Notes: generated from the letters alone by a model not told the origin. 64,000 nt of DNA from Camelus dromedarius (GCF_036321535.1 NC_087447.1:42224001-42288000); one strand, 5' to 3'; positions 26,601 through 40,119 are shown, numbered from the stretch's first letter. Made by a program: numbers and translations.

Positions 26601-28049
26601 TGGGATTCCTAAATCACCTTCTCAAATACTTTTAATATATACAGCACATAAATATATGTACATATTCTCATTAACATAAGCTGTGCACTTTTGAGTGAAA
26701 GGTCCTTCAGAACCAGGAACTAATTTTTCACACTCTGGGAATGTTTCTTAAGACTAGCCAGATTTTACCCAAAGCTGAATCCTTTCTGGTTTATGCTTGT
26801 GATTCTGGAGAAATAATAACTATTTCTAAATAAGAGCCTACTCTAATAGATTTCTAATTTAAAAAAAAAAGCCGTATTGGCCAAATCTGTTTTTCACTTA
26901 AAAACCAAATAATATGCTTAAAAAATTCCACTGTCTTTCTTCATCTTCCTTGTTATCTTATCCCCTTCTGCTGGTTCTCTCAGCAAACCTTACCTCACTT
27001 CAGCCAAGCTCTAACTGTTACCAACTGCCAGTTGGCCCTGAGAATCCAGTTCTCAGGCTAGAATGTAGTAACTCCTCCTGCTGCTCCTGGTTGACTTCTC
27101 AAGTATAGATTGGATTTCTCTACTTTGGCACTTGCCTCTGATGAAGGACATTGACCATTTCACCACATGTTCATCAGTTTACCCTGTGAATACAAAATAA
27201 TCAAATGCAGTTCCTCCTTAAGTTGTTCAATGGATTAAATGTGAGACTAGCATTGTCTCTGACAAATAGTGTTTAGTAAGTGTTATGTATGCTTTTAATT
27301 GTAGCAGTGTTATTTAAGAATGACCATACTTGTTAATGGGTTTATAGTCAGTAAATGCAACGTGTGATTCTTGGTGTCCCCCAAATAAGTTTGCTTATTG
27401 TGGATAAACAGTTAGGTTTGTGTACAACCCGCAAGGATAATCAAATCAGAACATAGTATTGATATAAAGAGAACTTGAAAAGTGTATAGCGAAGAGTGAC
27501 CACTTGAAAGTTTGTCTTTTAATGAAATGAACATTATTTATTATCATGCCTAATTCATCTTTAAGTATTACTAACATACTATTTTCATTTTTACTTATAA
27601 CAATAATATAAGATCAATGGTGGATTCCATTATATACAATTATATCAATAATATAGTTTATGTACAAAAAAATTTGAGGATGTAAGATTCTCATTCAGTT
27701 TTTTCTTGGGGGCTTCAACTCTGAGAGACCATGCTAGAGTACTTAAAAGTTGTGTCTGTACATACACAAAACTTTGGCTATAACCAGTCTTGTTAGTGAA
27801 AGAAGCCTTCAGGGATGCTCCCAGTTACCTTGGCCTTTACACAGTCACCCTGATTTTCAAAGACTTAATAGTCTACTGTAATCAGTAAGGTCTGTGGCAA
27901 TGATGCTAGCTTTAGGACTTTTCCCAAGAGAAAATGCTGACCACTAGCCATATCATTCCTAGATAAGAGAGGCGTTCTCAACCAACATTTAAAATTAAAG
28001 CTCTGTGAGGCAGTTAGCCAAAACATCATTTTTCCTGTTGGCTAAAACT

Positions 28050-28680
28050 CCTTTAGACTGGAATGGAATTAAGTAGCCACATTTTCTGCAACTTTACTTT
28101 TTTTTTTTTCTTTACTGGAGTTCAAAGGGCTGCTTTTCTCTGTATTCTTAATGAGTTTCAGTACCTGAAAAGGTCGCTTCACAGAAATGTTATAAACAGG
28201 AAGAATCATGAGTGCCTAACAGAATGCCAGTGCTAAATACACAGTCTCGTAATTGATTAATTGCCTCTCCTCCTGGGTTAGTGACGTACACAGGAAATGA
28301 CCTGGATGACCACAAGGACTGCCAGTTGTCTGCTAGCCATACTGTGATTATCTAAACCAGCTTTGTTCAGATTACTGCAGCATAGACGATGTGATGAGTC
28401 CTCTCCAGTGAATCAAGGGGCCCTGACTCAGTAGGAGAGGAAAAGGAGATAAGGCAGCTATCCCATGCTGGTCTTTTGTGTAGCAACAGGGGTGTTTTGG
28501 GGTATTGCTATGTTTTGATGACTCAGTGGTGAGTCAGTTTTAAAGTTCTGTAAAAGGCCTTGCTCAGCCCAGACAGGACTGAGAGATGATCTCATCCAGT
28601 AGCTAGTTGGTAGAAAGTACCCAGCAGTGTGTCATACAATCAGCCAATTGGTGATGTAAATATGTACGTGGAAAAAAACA
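28050..28680. promoter_or_regulatory. Candidate AP-1/ETS/CRE enhancer about 5 kb upstream of WEE1
   Basis: TGACTCA 28424-28430 and 28519-28525, TGAGTCA 28530-28536, TGAATCA 28409-28415, TGACGTA ~28282, CAGGAA ~28197 and ~28291, all in non-repetitive sequence. Confidence 0.5.
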
Positions 28681-30814
28681 CACCGGTAAGGATGAACTAG
28701 TTCCTGAATGGAGAATTCAACTCTACCTGGCATCTTCTATTGAGTGCCTGCTATGTTCAAGCACCGTCCACATGCTACACACTGCCCCTTACCTTTACAC
28801 AGGTCAGAATATGAGAAATGTCCTAGGTGCTAGAAAAAGCTGGGGTGCTTGGGAGGGCGCTGGGAAAGCTATAGTGCCAGCTATATGGTAGGCACTAAGC
28901 CAGATGCTTTACATTATTTATTTTATTTAATCTTTATAGGAAACCTCCGAGAGAGGTATTTTCATTCACATTTTACAGATGAAGAAAATTAAACCCAGAC
29001 AGGTTAAATGCCTGTATCACACACATAGAGCCGGTATCACTGAGACTAGCTCTTTCTACCCCTGCAAGAATAGGGTAAGGTGAGGCTGAGAACTAAACTG
29101 GGAGACTTTATGAAGATAGGGTCACAGGACCCAGCAGTTTGCTGCTAGAGCGTGCACAGCAGGGCACACATCTTGTACGGTGTGAATGGAAGCCAGAGAC
29201 AGTCAGACTTGGCACATCTACTTTTTTGCTATACCATAAAACCCACATGTATTTTAAATTCTAAAATCAAGAGGAAAGATTACAAAGATTGATATTATCT
29301 ATTGTGGCAGAGAGTTTGGAGAAATGCATTCTCATTTACCACGGGGTGGGTATAAATTGGTACCATCTTTGAAAGATTGTTCTGATAATTTCTGATACAA
29401 TTTAAATGTTTATAATCATTGACTCAGCAATGCTACTGAACATTTGTACAGATTTCCAAGATTATGTAAAAGAATGTTTATCGTTGTATTAATTCATTCA
29501 ATAAATACTTAACGAGGCCCCATGGGCCTGGCACCCTTCTGGAAACTAAGAACACAGCAGTGAAATGAAATAAAGTCCTTACTTTCATGAAACTTTGAGA
29601 TCTCTGTTGGAGACAGGCAATATATGAGTAAACAAATGTACAAAAAAGATCAAGTAGTGATAAATGCTATAAAAAAAAGGGGGGAGGTGCCAGGGATTAA
29701 GAAATGGTAGAGAGTTGGAGGGAGGTGCTATTTTAAATAGGATGATCTAGGAAAGCCTTTCTGAGGAGGCAGCATTTGAGCAGGAATCTGAGTGAAGTGA
29801 GGCAATCAGCCAAATGAAGATCTGGAGGAATTGTGTTCTAGGCATTGTTTATAATACCCAAAATTGGAAGCCACCTAAATGTGCATTAAATACTTAGTAA
29901 TCACAGTTTGCAAAGTAATGAGATAGAGCTATATGTACGAAATGAAAAGATAGTAAGATAAAATGGAAGAAAAGGTTGCAAAATTGTATAATGATTCCAT
30001 TTTAAAAATTAACCTAAAGCAAATATATGTACCACAGGGAAGACATCTGGAGAAATATACAAAATTATCAAAAGATCTCACTTCTAAGGTTGTTGTATGG
30101 ATTGAGAGAACAAGACAAAGGGCTAGGGACCAACTAAAGAGAGAGCCAGGAGAAAAGCTGGATCATTGCTCTAAAACAGGATGGGGCAGGTGGAATATGG
30201 CACAAGTCCTGGGGATCCTTACTCTGCCTTTTCTGACGTACTGGAGCTCTCCTCTCTTTCCATTCCCTGATGCCTGATCCCACCTTCCCTTTCCTCGTTT
30301 CCTTACCTCCTATCTCCCTCCTCTGGCTTTGCTCTTGGGAAAGGAGCCTGTGCTCCAGTTTTCTTAGCCTGGTTTCTTCATCTAGACTGGTCTCCCTGCC
30401 GATCTCAGACAAGCACCTCTGTGCTCTGGCTGCAGACTTTGGGGAGATGCTGATAAGGAAGGGGCTTCCAGCATCCCTCTGATTTATTACAGGCTCACTT
30501 CTCAGTACAGAATAAAAGGCTTCGTCCCTGGTTACCAGCTTCAGAATATTAGCTGAGTTAGGAGCTCAATTTGGGGCATAGAGTTGCTCACACACACTGC
30601 TGCCAGTGCTGACTGCATCACCTGCCTTGCCTTCAAGTTTTCTGAAGCAGCTAGGTCTTGTATTTGATGCCCCACACCCACCCAGCACTACCAAGCTCTG
30701 CTGACTTCCGGGGGCCTGTGTGTCTGTATGCTTCTCAACCAGTTGTTAGAAACAACAATAGCACAGAAAAATGGCAAGGATAAAATAAACACACAGAATA
30801 CGTTCTGTGCTCCT

Positions 30815-32230
30815 GTATTGTTTCTAACAAGTTTTTAGTTTAATTATTTTGGATTTCTAGGTAGACAATCATATAATTGGTAATTCCTTTTTCCTAGTAT
30901 TTATGACTCTTACTTTATTGTCTAATTGCATTAACCAACACTTCCAGAACAACATTAAATAACAAGAGAGGTGTTTAGTGGCTGGTTAGCTCAGCTGATT
31001 AGAGCATGGTGCTAATTATAGGAGAAATGGTGAGCATCCTTGTCTTGCTCCTGACTTTAATGGGGATATTAAGGATAATATTGTTTGATAAGATGTGTAT
31101 ATGTATATGTGTGCACATAGACATGACTTATATCTGTTATATTAAAGTGTTCTTTTCCTTTTGTCAGAATATTTGTGAGGAATGACTATTCAATCATATC
31201 ACATTTTTAGCATTTCTCTTAATTATTCTGCTTTTTTCTTGTTTTAAATTATTTCTGTGGTGAATTAGATTAATGGATTTCCTTATATTATGCCACTCTA
31301 TCCTTCCTGAAATAAACTGTAGTCAAGTTGCTTTTCAACTATACTGCAAAATTATGTTCATATATTTCATTTAGATGTTTTGCATCTATATTTATAAATG
31401 GAACTGGTTCATAGTTTTCCTGTTGTATAGTCTTTGTAAAATTTTGGCTTCATGAAACCAAAATGTTTGCTTCTTTCTTTGTACTTTGGAATAGCTTTAA
31501 TAGAATGAGAATGATTGATTCACTGAAAGTTTGAAAGAAGTTGCTCCTTAACATGTCTAGGTTCAGCATTTTATTTTATTTTTTAAAATTATTTATTTAT
31601 TTACTATTTTTTTTAAAGTATAGCTTTTGACAGTTTTTGTTCATGATTATTTATCTGTTTAGATTTTCTGCTGTTTTTGAGTCCCTGTTGGTAATTTACA
31701 TTTCCTTGAGTATTAGCCATTTCATTCAGATTTTAAATTGTAATAGCATAGGATTAGGCAAAGTATTCACTTGTATTTCTTGTTATTTCCTCTGTACCCA
31801 TGGTTGTAAGCCCTTTCTCATTGCTAACTTGTATATTTATGTTTTATCTTTTTTATCAATTTAGCTAATGGTTTATAAGTTTTGTTTGCTTTCCTCCCAC
31901 ACCAAAAAACTAAATCTTAGATTTATTAATGTGTTATATTGTTTTTCTGATTTTGAAATAATTTATTTTGCTTTTATCTGTATTAATTTCTTCCTTTTAC
32001 CTTCTTTAAATTTTGCTTTGTTGTGACTTTTTGTTTTTTGTTTTACTCTATTTTTTTAATTGAGTTGCTGTGACTTTTTCCCCCTTTCTAATTTGCTGTG
32101 TTGTCGGCTTTTTAATGAACTTTTATTTTTTTCTTATTCAACAGTAAAAGTGTTTAAGGTCATGAATTTTCTTGTGAATACAACTTTGGCTGAGTTCCTT
32201 AAGTAATGTTTCATTGACTTATTTTTAAAA
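30815..32230 (-). mobile_element. Old LINE-1 ORF2 fragment (host of the tRNA-Ile half)
   Basis: T-rich antisense L1 text (TTCCAGAACAACATTAAAT...GCATCCTTGTCTTGCTCCTGAC, TTTTGCATCTATATTTATAA). Confidence 0.75.
30980..31016 (+). pseudogene. 5'-half tRNA-Ile(AAT) retro-pseudogene without a poly(A) tail
   Basis: GGCTGGTTAGCTCAGCTGATTAGAGCATGGTGCTAAT matches the 5' half of mammalian tRNA-Ile(AAT) (GGCCGGTTAGCTCAGTTGGTTAGAGCGTGGTGCTAAT, recalled) at 33/37; no T-arm or B box. Confidence 0.8.
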
Positions 32231-32369
32231 TAGTCTATAGTTCAGTTTTTTAAACTTTATACTTAAGTATAATACACATACAAAAAAGCAAACGTATCAA
32301 AATATGTATGGTTTGTTGAATATTCACAAATTCAACACCCAGATTAGGAAATAGGAGACTACCAGTGCC

Positions 32370-32490
32370 TAGATCCAGCTACATAATTTACAGGGCCCAA
32401 TGAAAAATGAAAATGCAATGTTCAAATTTATTAAGAACTTTAAGGTGGTGAAAGCAGAGCATTAAATCAGCTTTCTAAATGCCTGGCCCT
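32370..32490 (-). mobile_element. MER45-like hAT-Tip100 DNA transposon remnant
   Basis: GCTACATAATTTACAGGGCCCAATGAAAAATGAAAATGC...TTAAGAACTTTAAGGTGGTGAAAGCAGAGCATTAAA; a related fragment lies at ~37095-37185. Confidence 0.7.
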
Positions 32491-34087
32491 ACTCACATGC
32501 CCTTCAACTCCCCTCTGGGCTCTCTTTTCATCCCCAGCCCTGGCCCTACCAAGGGTATCCACTGTTCTGACTTCAAATAATGTGAATAGTTTGGCCTGTA
32601 TGCTTTTGCATCTAGCTTCTTTTTCCTCAGCATTATATTTCCGAGGATCATTCATACTTTTACATGTAGTTAAAGACCATACATTCTCATTGCTATATAG
32701 TTAAAACTGGTCTATAATTCAGTTTGATTTGTCACTGATTGAAGAGCTGTTAGAAAAACTTGAAAATTTTTCCTAGTGGTTGAGTGCATTAGGCTAAGTT
32801 CTAACTCTCTGATTTCAGAGGTGGGGCTAGAAACAGGCCCCTCTTCCTCTGAATGAGCAAGTCTGAAGTCACAGCACATGTGGTATGAGTAAGAAACAGT
32901 GAGCTTTGGAATAAAAATCTCCTCCTCATCCTCTTCTGATACCCAATAAGGAAGAAAGAGAAAGAAAGCTAGCCGAAGAGGGTAGTTAAAGGCAACAGGT
33001 TTTTTTAACTTCTACAGGCAGAGGTTTTTTTTAAAACTTCTCCAGAGCACCAGCACATGCTGATTATAGAAAAGGGGGGCTGAAGTTGTCTTGTCAGCTT
33101 GTGAGTTCCCAAGGAAACTGGAAGGAAATTAGGTCCTTTTTTGTTCAGGTCAGAGATCTGAACAGGGGCAAGGTCCCTTCCCTGTGCCCGTCCATTATGT
33201 CAGGCTGTCCTGGAGAAGTGATCAGTGAGTGGGCCTCTCTAATTATGGGGCTTCAGGGTGCAGTCCTACACTGAAAATGGCTGAATGTTTAGGGATGAGT
33301 AGCCCAGACAAGTAGTCCACCAATCCTTAAAGAATGTATTGCTAAAAGTCAGTCATACTTTTACATTTCATACCTAACAGTAAAACCTGAATTCAAACTA
33401 TTATGATCAACTTGCATCAGCCAGCCTTATATTTAAGCCCTGTAGCTCAAATTTGATGACCAAAGACAGAAAATCTTTTAACAAAGTACCATTTGCTTGA
33501 GGGAGAGGACCTGTCATTGAGATTCTTTCTTGAAAACAAAGAATAAGTTTATTTATTTTAAAATAATAAAAAGCTTATAATACAAAATTCAAAAAGCATA
33601 AAAAGGTATACAGTAAAAGTGTCTCTCTCTTACCCACCCCTGCTTCCAGCCTATTCTCCAGAGGCAGCCAGTATTACTGTTTTCTTGTATCCTTTATGAA
33701 TGGTTTATGCAAATACACATAATCTTTAAAATATTTTTATAAGAAGTTATGGTATATATTGCATACTCTTCTGCACCTTGCTTTTTCATGTACTATTTCT
33801 TAAAGATTGTTTCATATTAATGCATATAGAATAACATTCACAGATTCTGGAAATTAGGACACAGACATATTTGGGGGTGGCATTATTCAGCTGACAACAT
33901 CATGTGACCAGTCCGTCCCAGAGCTCCCCAGAGCAGCCCACCAGAACCCTCCCACACAATGCTGAGGCTTGGAGGAGCCTAAAGCAGCAGGACTCTCCCA
34001 TACTTTGTCTAAGGTCTGCCATTAGGCTGTTTTCAAACTTTTGCTATTATGAGCAGTGCTGCAGACAAGTACTCTTTTTACCCCCCA

Positions 34088-34594
34088 AATCAATAGAGCT
34101 TTTATTGCATCCTTAAAAATATCACAAATGAGTCTGAAGAATCATCTGGCATCCTGCTCTTTCTGTAGCTGGACAACTTAGATCTTACTCATCAGCCTGC
34201 TGAACTGTTCTCTTTTCAGAAACATAGTTCCTTTTGCACAAAAATTTCCATCCAAAAATTGCCTGATATCCTTGTTTTTAACTGTTGTGGCTTGCTGAAT
34301 CAATGCAGCTGAATTTGACACAAATCCAATGTTGTTTTCTTCAAGAACTAACTCATCTTTCTGGGCTTGAGATACCAAACAAGCAACGCCTGGCCTCATC
34401 CGAACACTATTTTTCACCCCCCAAATTTTGGATTTCAGCCAGAGAACCATTCTCCTGAATAATGACGTTGATGGAGAAATGAATATACACAGACCTCATT
34501 TCGTAGCGGAAGCCCAGCATAACACTCTTGATCGTGCCCTGTACCTGACGACAGTGCCAGCAGTCACAGGTTCCTTTCTATTTCCCCACCATTG
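34088..34594 (-). pseudogene. RPL9: RPL9 (60S ribosomal protein uL6) processed pseudogene, 5'-truncated and frameshifted
   Basis: Intronless remnants WWGNRKE...[29 protein letters not shown]...[20 protein letters not shown]...[24 protein letters not shown]...QQADE*; 3'UTR with AATAAA at 34101-34106; indels break the frame. Confidence 0.93.
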
Positions 34595-35989
34595 CTCCCC
34601 GAACCTACTTAGTGACTCCTGCTGGTAGCTGACCCCAAGGCTCACCCTAGTGTTTTTCATTACTAAACTAATTCCTTCTTTTTTAAAAAAATTTTTTGTA
34701 AAATTTAATTATTTCAATAGAGATATATTAGAGGTCAACCTAAATCCTATTTATCTTTTTTTAGACACCTTTATTGTGGTATGATTTCTGTACAGTAAAC
34801 TACATATATTTCAGATGTACAATTTGATGCATTTTACTAGATGTGTACACCTGTGAAACCACCACCACAATCAAGATGGCTGACATTTCCATCGCTCCCA
34901 AAGAGGTGCAGACTCCTGATTTATCTTGATAATTCCTTTCTTTTTGACTTTGAAATACCCACAAAGTTTCACCAGTTTCACAATAGTGAAGATCACCTTT
35001 GCAGAAAAAATGGTCCACTTTCTTGTTGTTCCTGATTTTCTGTTTAAAAGAACATTAAGTAATTTCAGGATGTTAGAAAAGCTCTAAGGTAGTGGGGAAA
35101 ACGCTTGGCTAATCAGTTTCATATGGGCAGAAGGTCTAGTGAGGGTAAGGGCTGCTCCCAGCTGGGGCCTATTGCCCTCCCAGGGTCCTCATTGGCACAA
35201 AAGTCCTGTCACTGGGTTGGAGTAAAAGTCCCCTATTTAAAAAGATAAGGCAGCTCCCTTGCAACAGCAGAGATTTTACCTCTTTCTCCATAGAAATTGC
35301 AGAAATTATCTGGAGGGCACTGTGACTGAGTCTGCAACTGAGAGTTGTTTTCCACATCCTTTCTTAGGCAGATAGGCGTTTAGACAGACTAGTTAGGGTG
35401 TTCTGTCTTCTGGAGAGCTTTTTTGGATGCCTTCTGTGTGTCCAGGGAAACCCTGCAGAAGTAAGGCAAAGTAGGAGAAATTTGGGATTGACATTAAAGT
35501 AGGAATCCTATTTTCTTTTACTTGAACACAGAAAAGTAAAAAGAAAAACTTTTGCCAGATAATTGTCATTTTAACTGTTCGTGCAGTTATCCTGAACCTT
35601 GAGCGTTCTTTCCTCTCAGCATGACTTACTTTCTGTCTTCCCATTTTAGCCATGCTCTGGAGGCAAATGAAACTGCTGCATGGAGAATTGAGGACTCTCT
35701 GTACTTCCAGGTGAGTTTAGAGCTGGAGAGTACAGCTAGAGGTGACCTGCTTTGCAGGACCTCCAGGAGTTATGGGGAAGTAGACGTTCTCGGTTATCCT
35801 AAGGGAGCCCATAATCTAAAAAGAGAAGCATATAATATATTCCCCAAACACGAGTCACACTTCTTGTGTGACAGCAGAAAGAGAATTGAAGAACTCTCCT
35901 CAGCAGGGCAGGCTACATATTCTGTAGGGCTTAGGACAAAAAGAAAATATGGGGCCTCTTGGTCAAAAAGCAGGAAAAAGGGGCTATTA

Positions 35990-36290
35990 TAGGTGTACAT
36001 AAAGCCAGACACAGAAGGACAAATAGCATGTATGATTCTACTTATATGAGGTACTTAACAGTAGCCAAAGAAAGTCATAGAGACAGAAAGTAGAATGGTG
36101 GTTGCCAGGGGCTAGAGGGAGCAGGAGGGGGAGTTTTTGTTCAGTGGGTAATTTCAGTCTAGGAAGATGAAAATATTTTGGAGATGGATGGTGGTGATGT
36201 TTGTGAATGTACTTAATGACACTAAACTGTACACTCCAAAGTGGTTAAAATGGTAAATTTTATGTTACGTATATTTTAGCCCCCAGCACA
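35990..36290 (+). mobile_element. LINE-1 (L1MB-like) 3' end
   Basis: GACAGAAAGTAGAATGGTGGTTGCCAGGG...GGTTAAAATGGTAAATTTTATGTTACGTATATTTT. Confidence 0.85.
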
Positions 36291-39200
36291 CATACACATA
36301 AAAGAATACGTAAGCTTTTTCTTTCTTCTGCAGTCTCTTGACTTGTCATGGTGCCTTTAATTTGCTATTCAACATAGTCCTAAGAAAAATTAAAGACTTA
36401 AGTTTTTAGCATGAATTTTACCCTTCATCTTTATATTGTACATTATCAGTTTTCAGTGAAAATGTCAGAGGATTTAACTTGTATTTAGAATCACTGAAAT
36501 TATACCATTTTCATTTTTTGGCTCATTCTGGGAGGGTGCCTTGAGCTGGCTAGAAGCCACAAACAGCCAGGCTCAGGAAAAATAGGAGGAAGTGGGCTCC
36601 CCTCTCCCCCTGCCACCGGCACAGAGCCTACAGAAAGAGGCCTCCGGGGCATAGGACCCCATGGGTGTCTGGAGCAGGTGTCACTTCAGCCTGACAGCTA
36701 CCAATTTCCCATCCCCACAGGCCTCCACCCCAGCCCACAGCAAACGTGCTTCTTCAAAAGGTATCTTTTGAAGGTATCTTCAAAACTCAGAGCTGGGACG
36801 CATCCAGTATGAGGATGAGCAAGAGCTAGTCCCTGTCCAGACTCAGCTAATGTTGGCTGCCCAACAGGACCACTGTGGTGCCGCCAGGCTGGGGTGAGGA
36901 TGGCCGCCACCATGATACCCACCATCCCACTCTGGCTCCAGGCCCCTGCCAGGCAGAGGAGTGGCAGTGAGAACCCATCCAGGGAGGCCATGGGTGGGTG
37001 AGTGGGGACTATGGGGACTGTGTAAGTGCAGGCTCCAAGTTCCCAGTGCCTGCTCCATTGTTCCAGGAGACTTCACTTAACAAAGAGTCAAAGATAAAAT
37101 GGTTAAGAATTTCCAGACTGCAACCACAGTGCATCAAATCCCAAGTGCAGGGTCATGTTCAACCATACTGGTCACACACCCTGTTCCTCAGGCCAAAGAA
37201 AAGAGCGTATTTGGCTGGAGTATTCTTTGAAGGATCCCCCACCCCCACCCCCGCATCCTTAAAGGAAACCTAAGTGTGGAAGTGCTTACAGGGGAGGGGC
37301 TGGGGCAGCCTTTCTCCATGTCCCATGTGTTCCCTTTCCTTTCCCTCCCTGAAAACAGACTCCAGCTGTACACCTTTCCTTTCACCCACCCCTTCCCCTG
37401 CTCACTGGTGCTTGACTGATCTACAACTTATCTGAGCCAGGAAATACTGGAATGTAAATTCCTTGGGATGAGACATGGAATCCAGCCCATTTCAGCGCTG
37501 AGTGCGTGGTTTCCCAAGTTACCTCGTCCTGGGGCTGCCATGCAGGAAGGCAGCACATGAGACTGTCCAAAGTCGGTTTGCCCCTAATGGCCAGGGGTGA
37601 AGTGGAGGCACAGGGAGCAGTCTGGCCCTCTGGGTAGCTGCCACCTGTAGAGGATTAAGGAAGCCAAATCCTCTTTATTTCCTAAATTCTTATGAGTGCA
37701 GATTGTAGCAATGTACTTTCCCTTATAGTGGCCCCAAGTTGTGTCTGGGATAGAGTTGGGGTGTTTTTCTCGGACTGAAAGGCTTGCCCTGAGCATTATC
37801 TGGATCACATTACAGAGTTGTGCGCCCATCAGTCCATCTGCTCAAGTGTTCTCGCATTTCATCACGTGCCTTTCGGGGACTCTTCAACTTGGGACGGCTC
37901 CTCTCTGCACCCTGCCCTGAGAAGAATCCCACACCAGCTTTACTAGCAACTGTTAGTGCGTCAGCTGGAGTTGCCCCCTGGGGGCAAGATGCCACCTCTC
38001 TCGGCTCTTGAGGTCCCTTCCCTGGAAAGACAGGTAAGGGACAAACCAGCAGCACCCCTCTGCCCTTTTCTCTGGTGCCAGGAGGAAGGCATTTTCTTTT
38101 GAGCTGAGGGATAAGCAGGCCCCCCAGCAGCATCCAGCTCAGCTCTGCCCAATCTAGCTGATAAAGGAGCCAGAGTGAGGGAGAAACACCCTGGAATCTG
38201 AACAAAGGCAGAGGGAAGGAAAGTCTGGGGAGGCTGAGCTTGGGTTTCAGTTTTGGAAAGCACAGCAGACCTGGCCGGGCCCTGCAGAAGAGCGTTCTGT
38301 CAGCAGCCGGGCCCTGGACCAGGAGGCAGGAGAGCCCCCCCAAGTTCGAGATTCTGTTCTTCCTCTATCCTCCTGTGCTGGCCCCTTTCTGGGCCTCAGC
38401 AGGGAGTTGTGTGTGTGTTTAAATATCTCTGTCAAGAATGGAGACCAAGACTGTGGGTGACTAAGACCTTCTCTAATGTTTTACATCTATGAAGAGCTTT
38501 GAAGGGAAAGCAGCCAATCCCCTGCCCAACCCCGAAGGGTTTCCCATTTCAAATGACTAAGTCATGACCCTTTTTAGCCAGACTTCAAAGAACCTGATCA
38601 AAGATAACATTTATATTAAATAGAACAGCACAGCATTTTTTCCTTTTTACTGTAAAGCCTGAAATGAAAAACAGCCCCATTTCAGCTCTCTGGCAAACAA
38701 GCTACAGAAAGGAGTGATTGTTGCAGGACAACCTTCACACAGACTCTGCCTGCTTTTTTTGGAACTTGCTGGGCCCTACACTGAATTTCCGACATTAGAG
38801 ATGGTTCTTCAGGTGCTCAGGTCACTAGGCAATCAAAAATCACCAAGGCCCATCTTGATAATCTCTGCCATAAGTTGTTATCATCCAAGAAGGCAGTTGT
38901 GATGTGGTGAAAAAACACCTTGGACATGGGCATCAGAAAGTCTGAGTCCACAAGGCTTTGCCCTGTGCAGACACTTAACCTCTTTGTACCTTCACTTTCC
39001 TCATGTACAGAAGTGGGGTAATAAATCCTATATATCTGACAAAATTGTTATGAGTAGATAAAAATGTATGCAAAAGTACTTATTCTGTGCTTGATACACA
39101 ATATACTCTCAATATATGTGTGCTGGATTATAATCTATTACGTTTGTATTTTCTGCAACATTTCCCCCATACCCATACCAATTTAATGAAACAAATATAA

Positions 39201-39449
39201 AGGTAACATGTAAAAAAATTGCTGTATTCAAAATTAATAATAAACTTTAGGGTAAATAAGCTTTAAAACAAAAGTACATAAGCAAAAATAAATAATTTAC
39301 ACCAACCCACTAACCTAATTTTCAGAGTAAAGCCATTTCCAATTACAGCACTGTTATCCCGGGCTCCAACCTGTGGTCAAACTTTGATAGTTCATTATTT
39401 TTAAAAAACAGTAACAAAAAACTGAACACTAAGGAGAATCTTTAACAAA

Positions 39450-40119
39450 AAGAAAGTACTGGATTCAACTTTTTAATTTTAAATAACCAAACTTTGTAAT
39501 TTTATACATAATTCAATGTAATGCTAATATAATTAGCACTTCAGCTTGAAGAGCTGGTATTTAACAGGGATGGAAAATTATAATGAATAGTCTTCAAACC
39601 GTGAGATACAAATAAAAATGGACAAGTATACAGTAGAACAAAAACTGCAGACACTCTACTAGCTAAGGGAACTATCTGAAGGCTTTACATCCTTTATTGT
39701 CCATGATGGCTTTTTGAATTATGATTGTTTGATGAATAGAACCTTTGACATTTCAGATATAGCCTTTATTTATTTATTTTCACAGTAAGTTAAAAATCCA
39801 TCATAAGACTCTGTAAGACATCAGTGGTCTTGTGTGTTGACTCTAGGAGTTTGTAATCTGATAAAAGAGTAACATAAAAATTTACTGCATTGCCCTAATT
39901 TCATACTTCCTTGTACACAATGAATCAGTTTGGGAAATCTATTCCAAGGGTTATATACACAAAAGTGTTCAGAATAAAACCTTCTCCACTTTTGCATAAA
40001 AATGTGTACAGTGTTTCAGGAATGGAAAATTTCTAATTTTCCTGGGCCCGGGCTTCATGGATCTCTGCTGCCTTAAGATGAAAGGCTCCTCTTCCTTTAT
40101 TGCTCCACTGTTCAAAGGA
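39450..40119 (-). other. ZNF143: ZNF143 3'UTR with several poly(A) signals (3' end approximate)
   Basis: AATAAA at 40096-40101, overlapping AATAAA cluster at 39765-39779, AATAAA at 39693-39698, ATTAAA at 39472-39477. Confidence 0.7.

Noticed and set aside
35169..38902. Intergenic ORFs, including the 177-aa ORF 37810-38343
   Set aside because: No recognisable domains or exon structure; lengths are compatible with chance in GC-richer sequence
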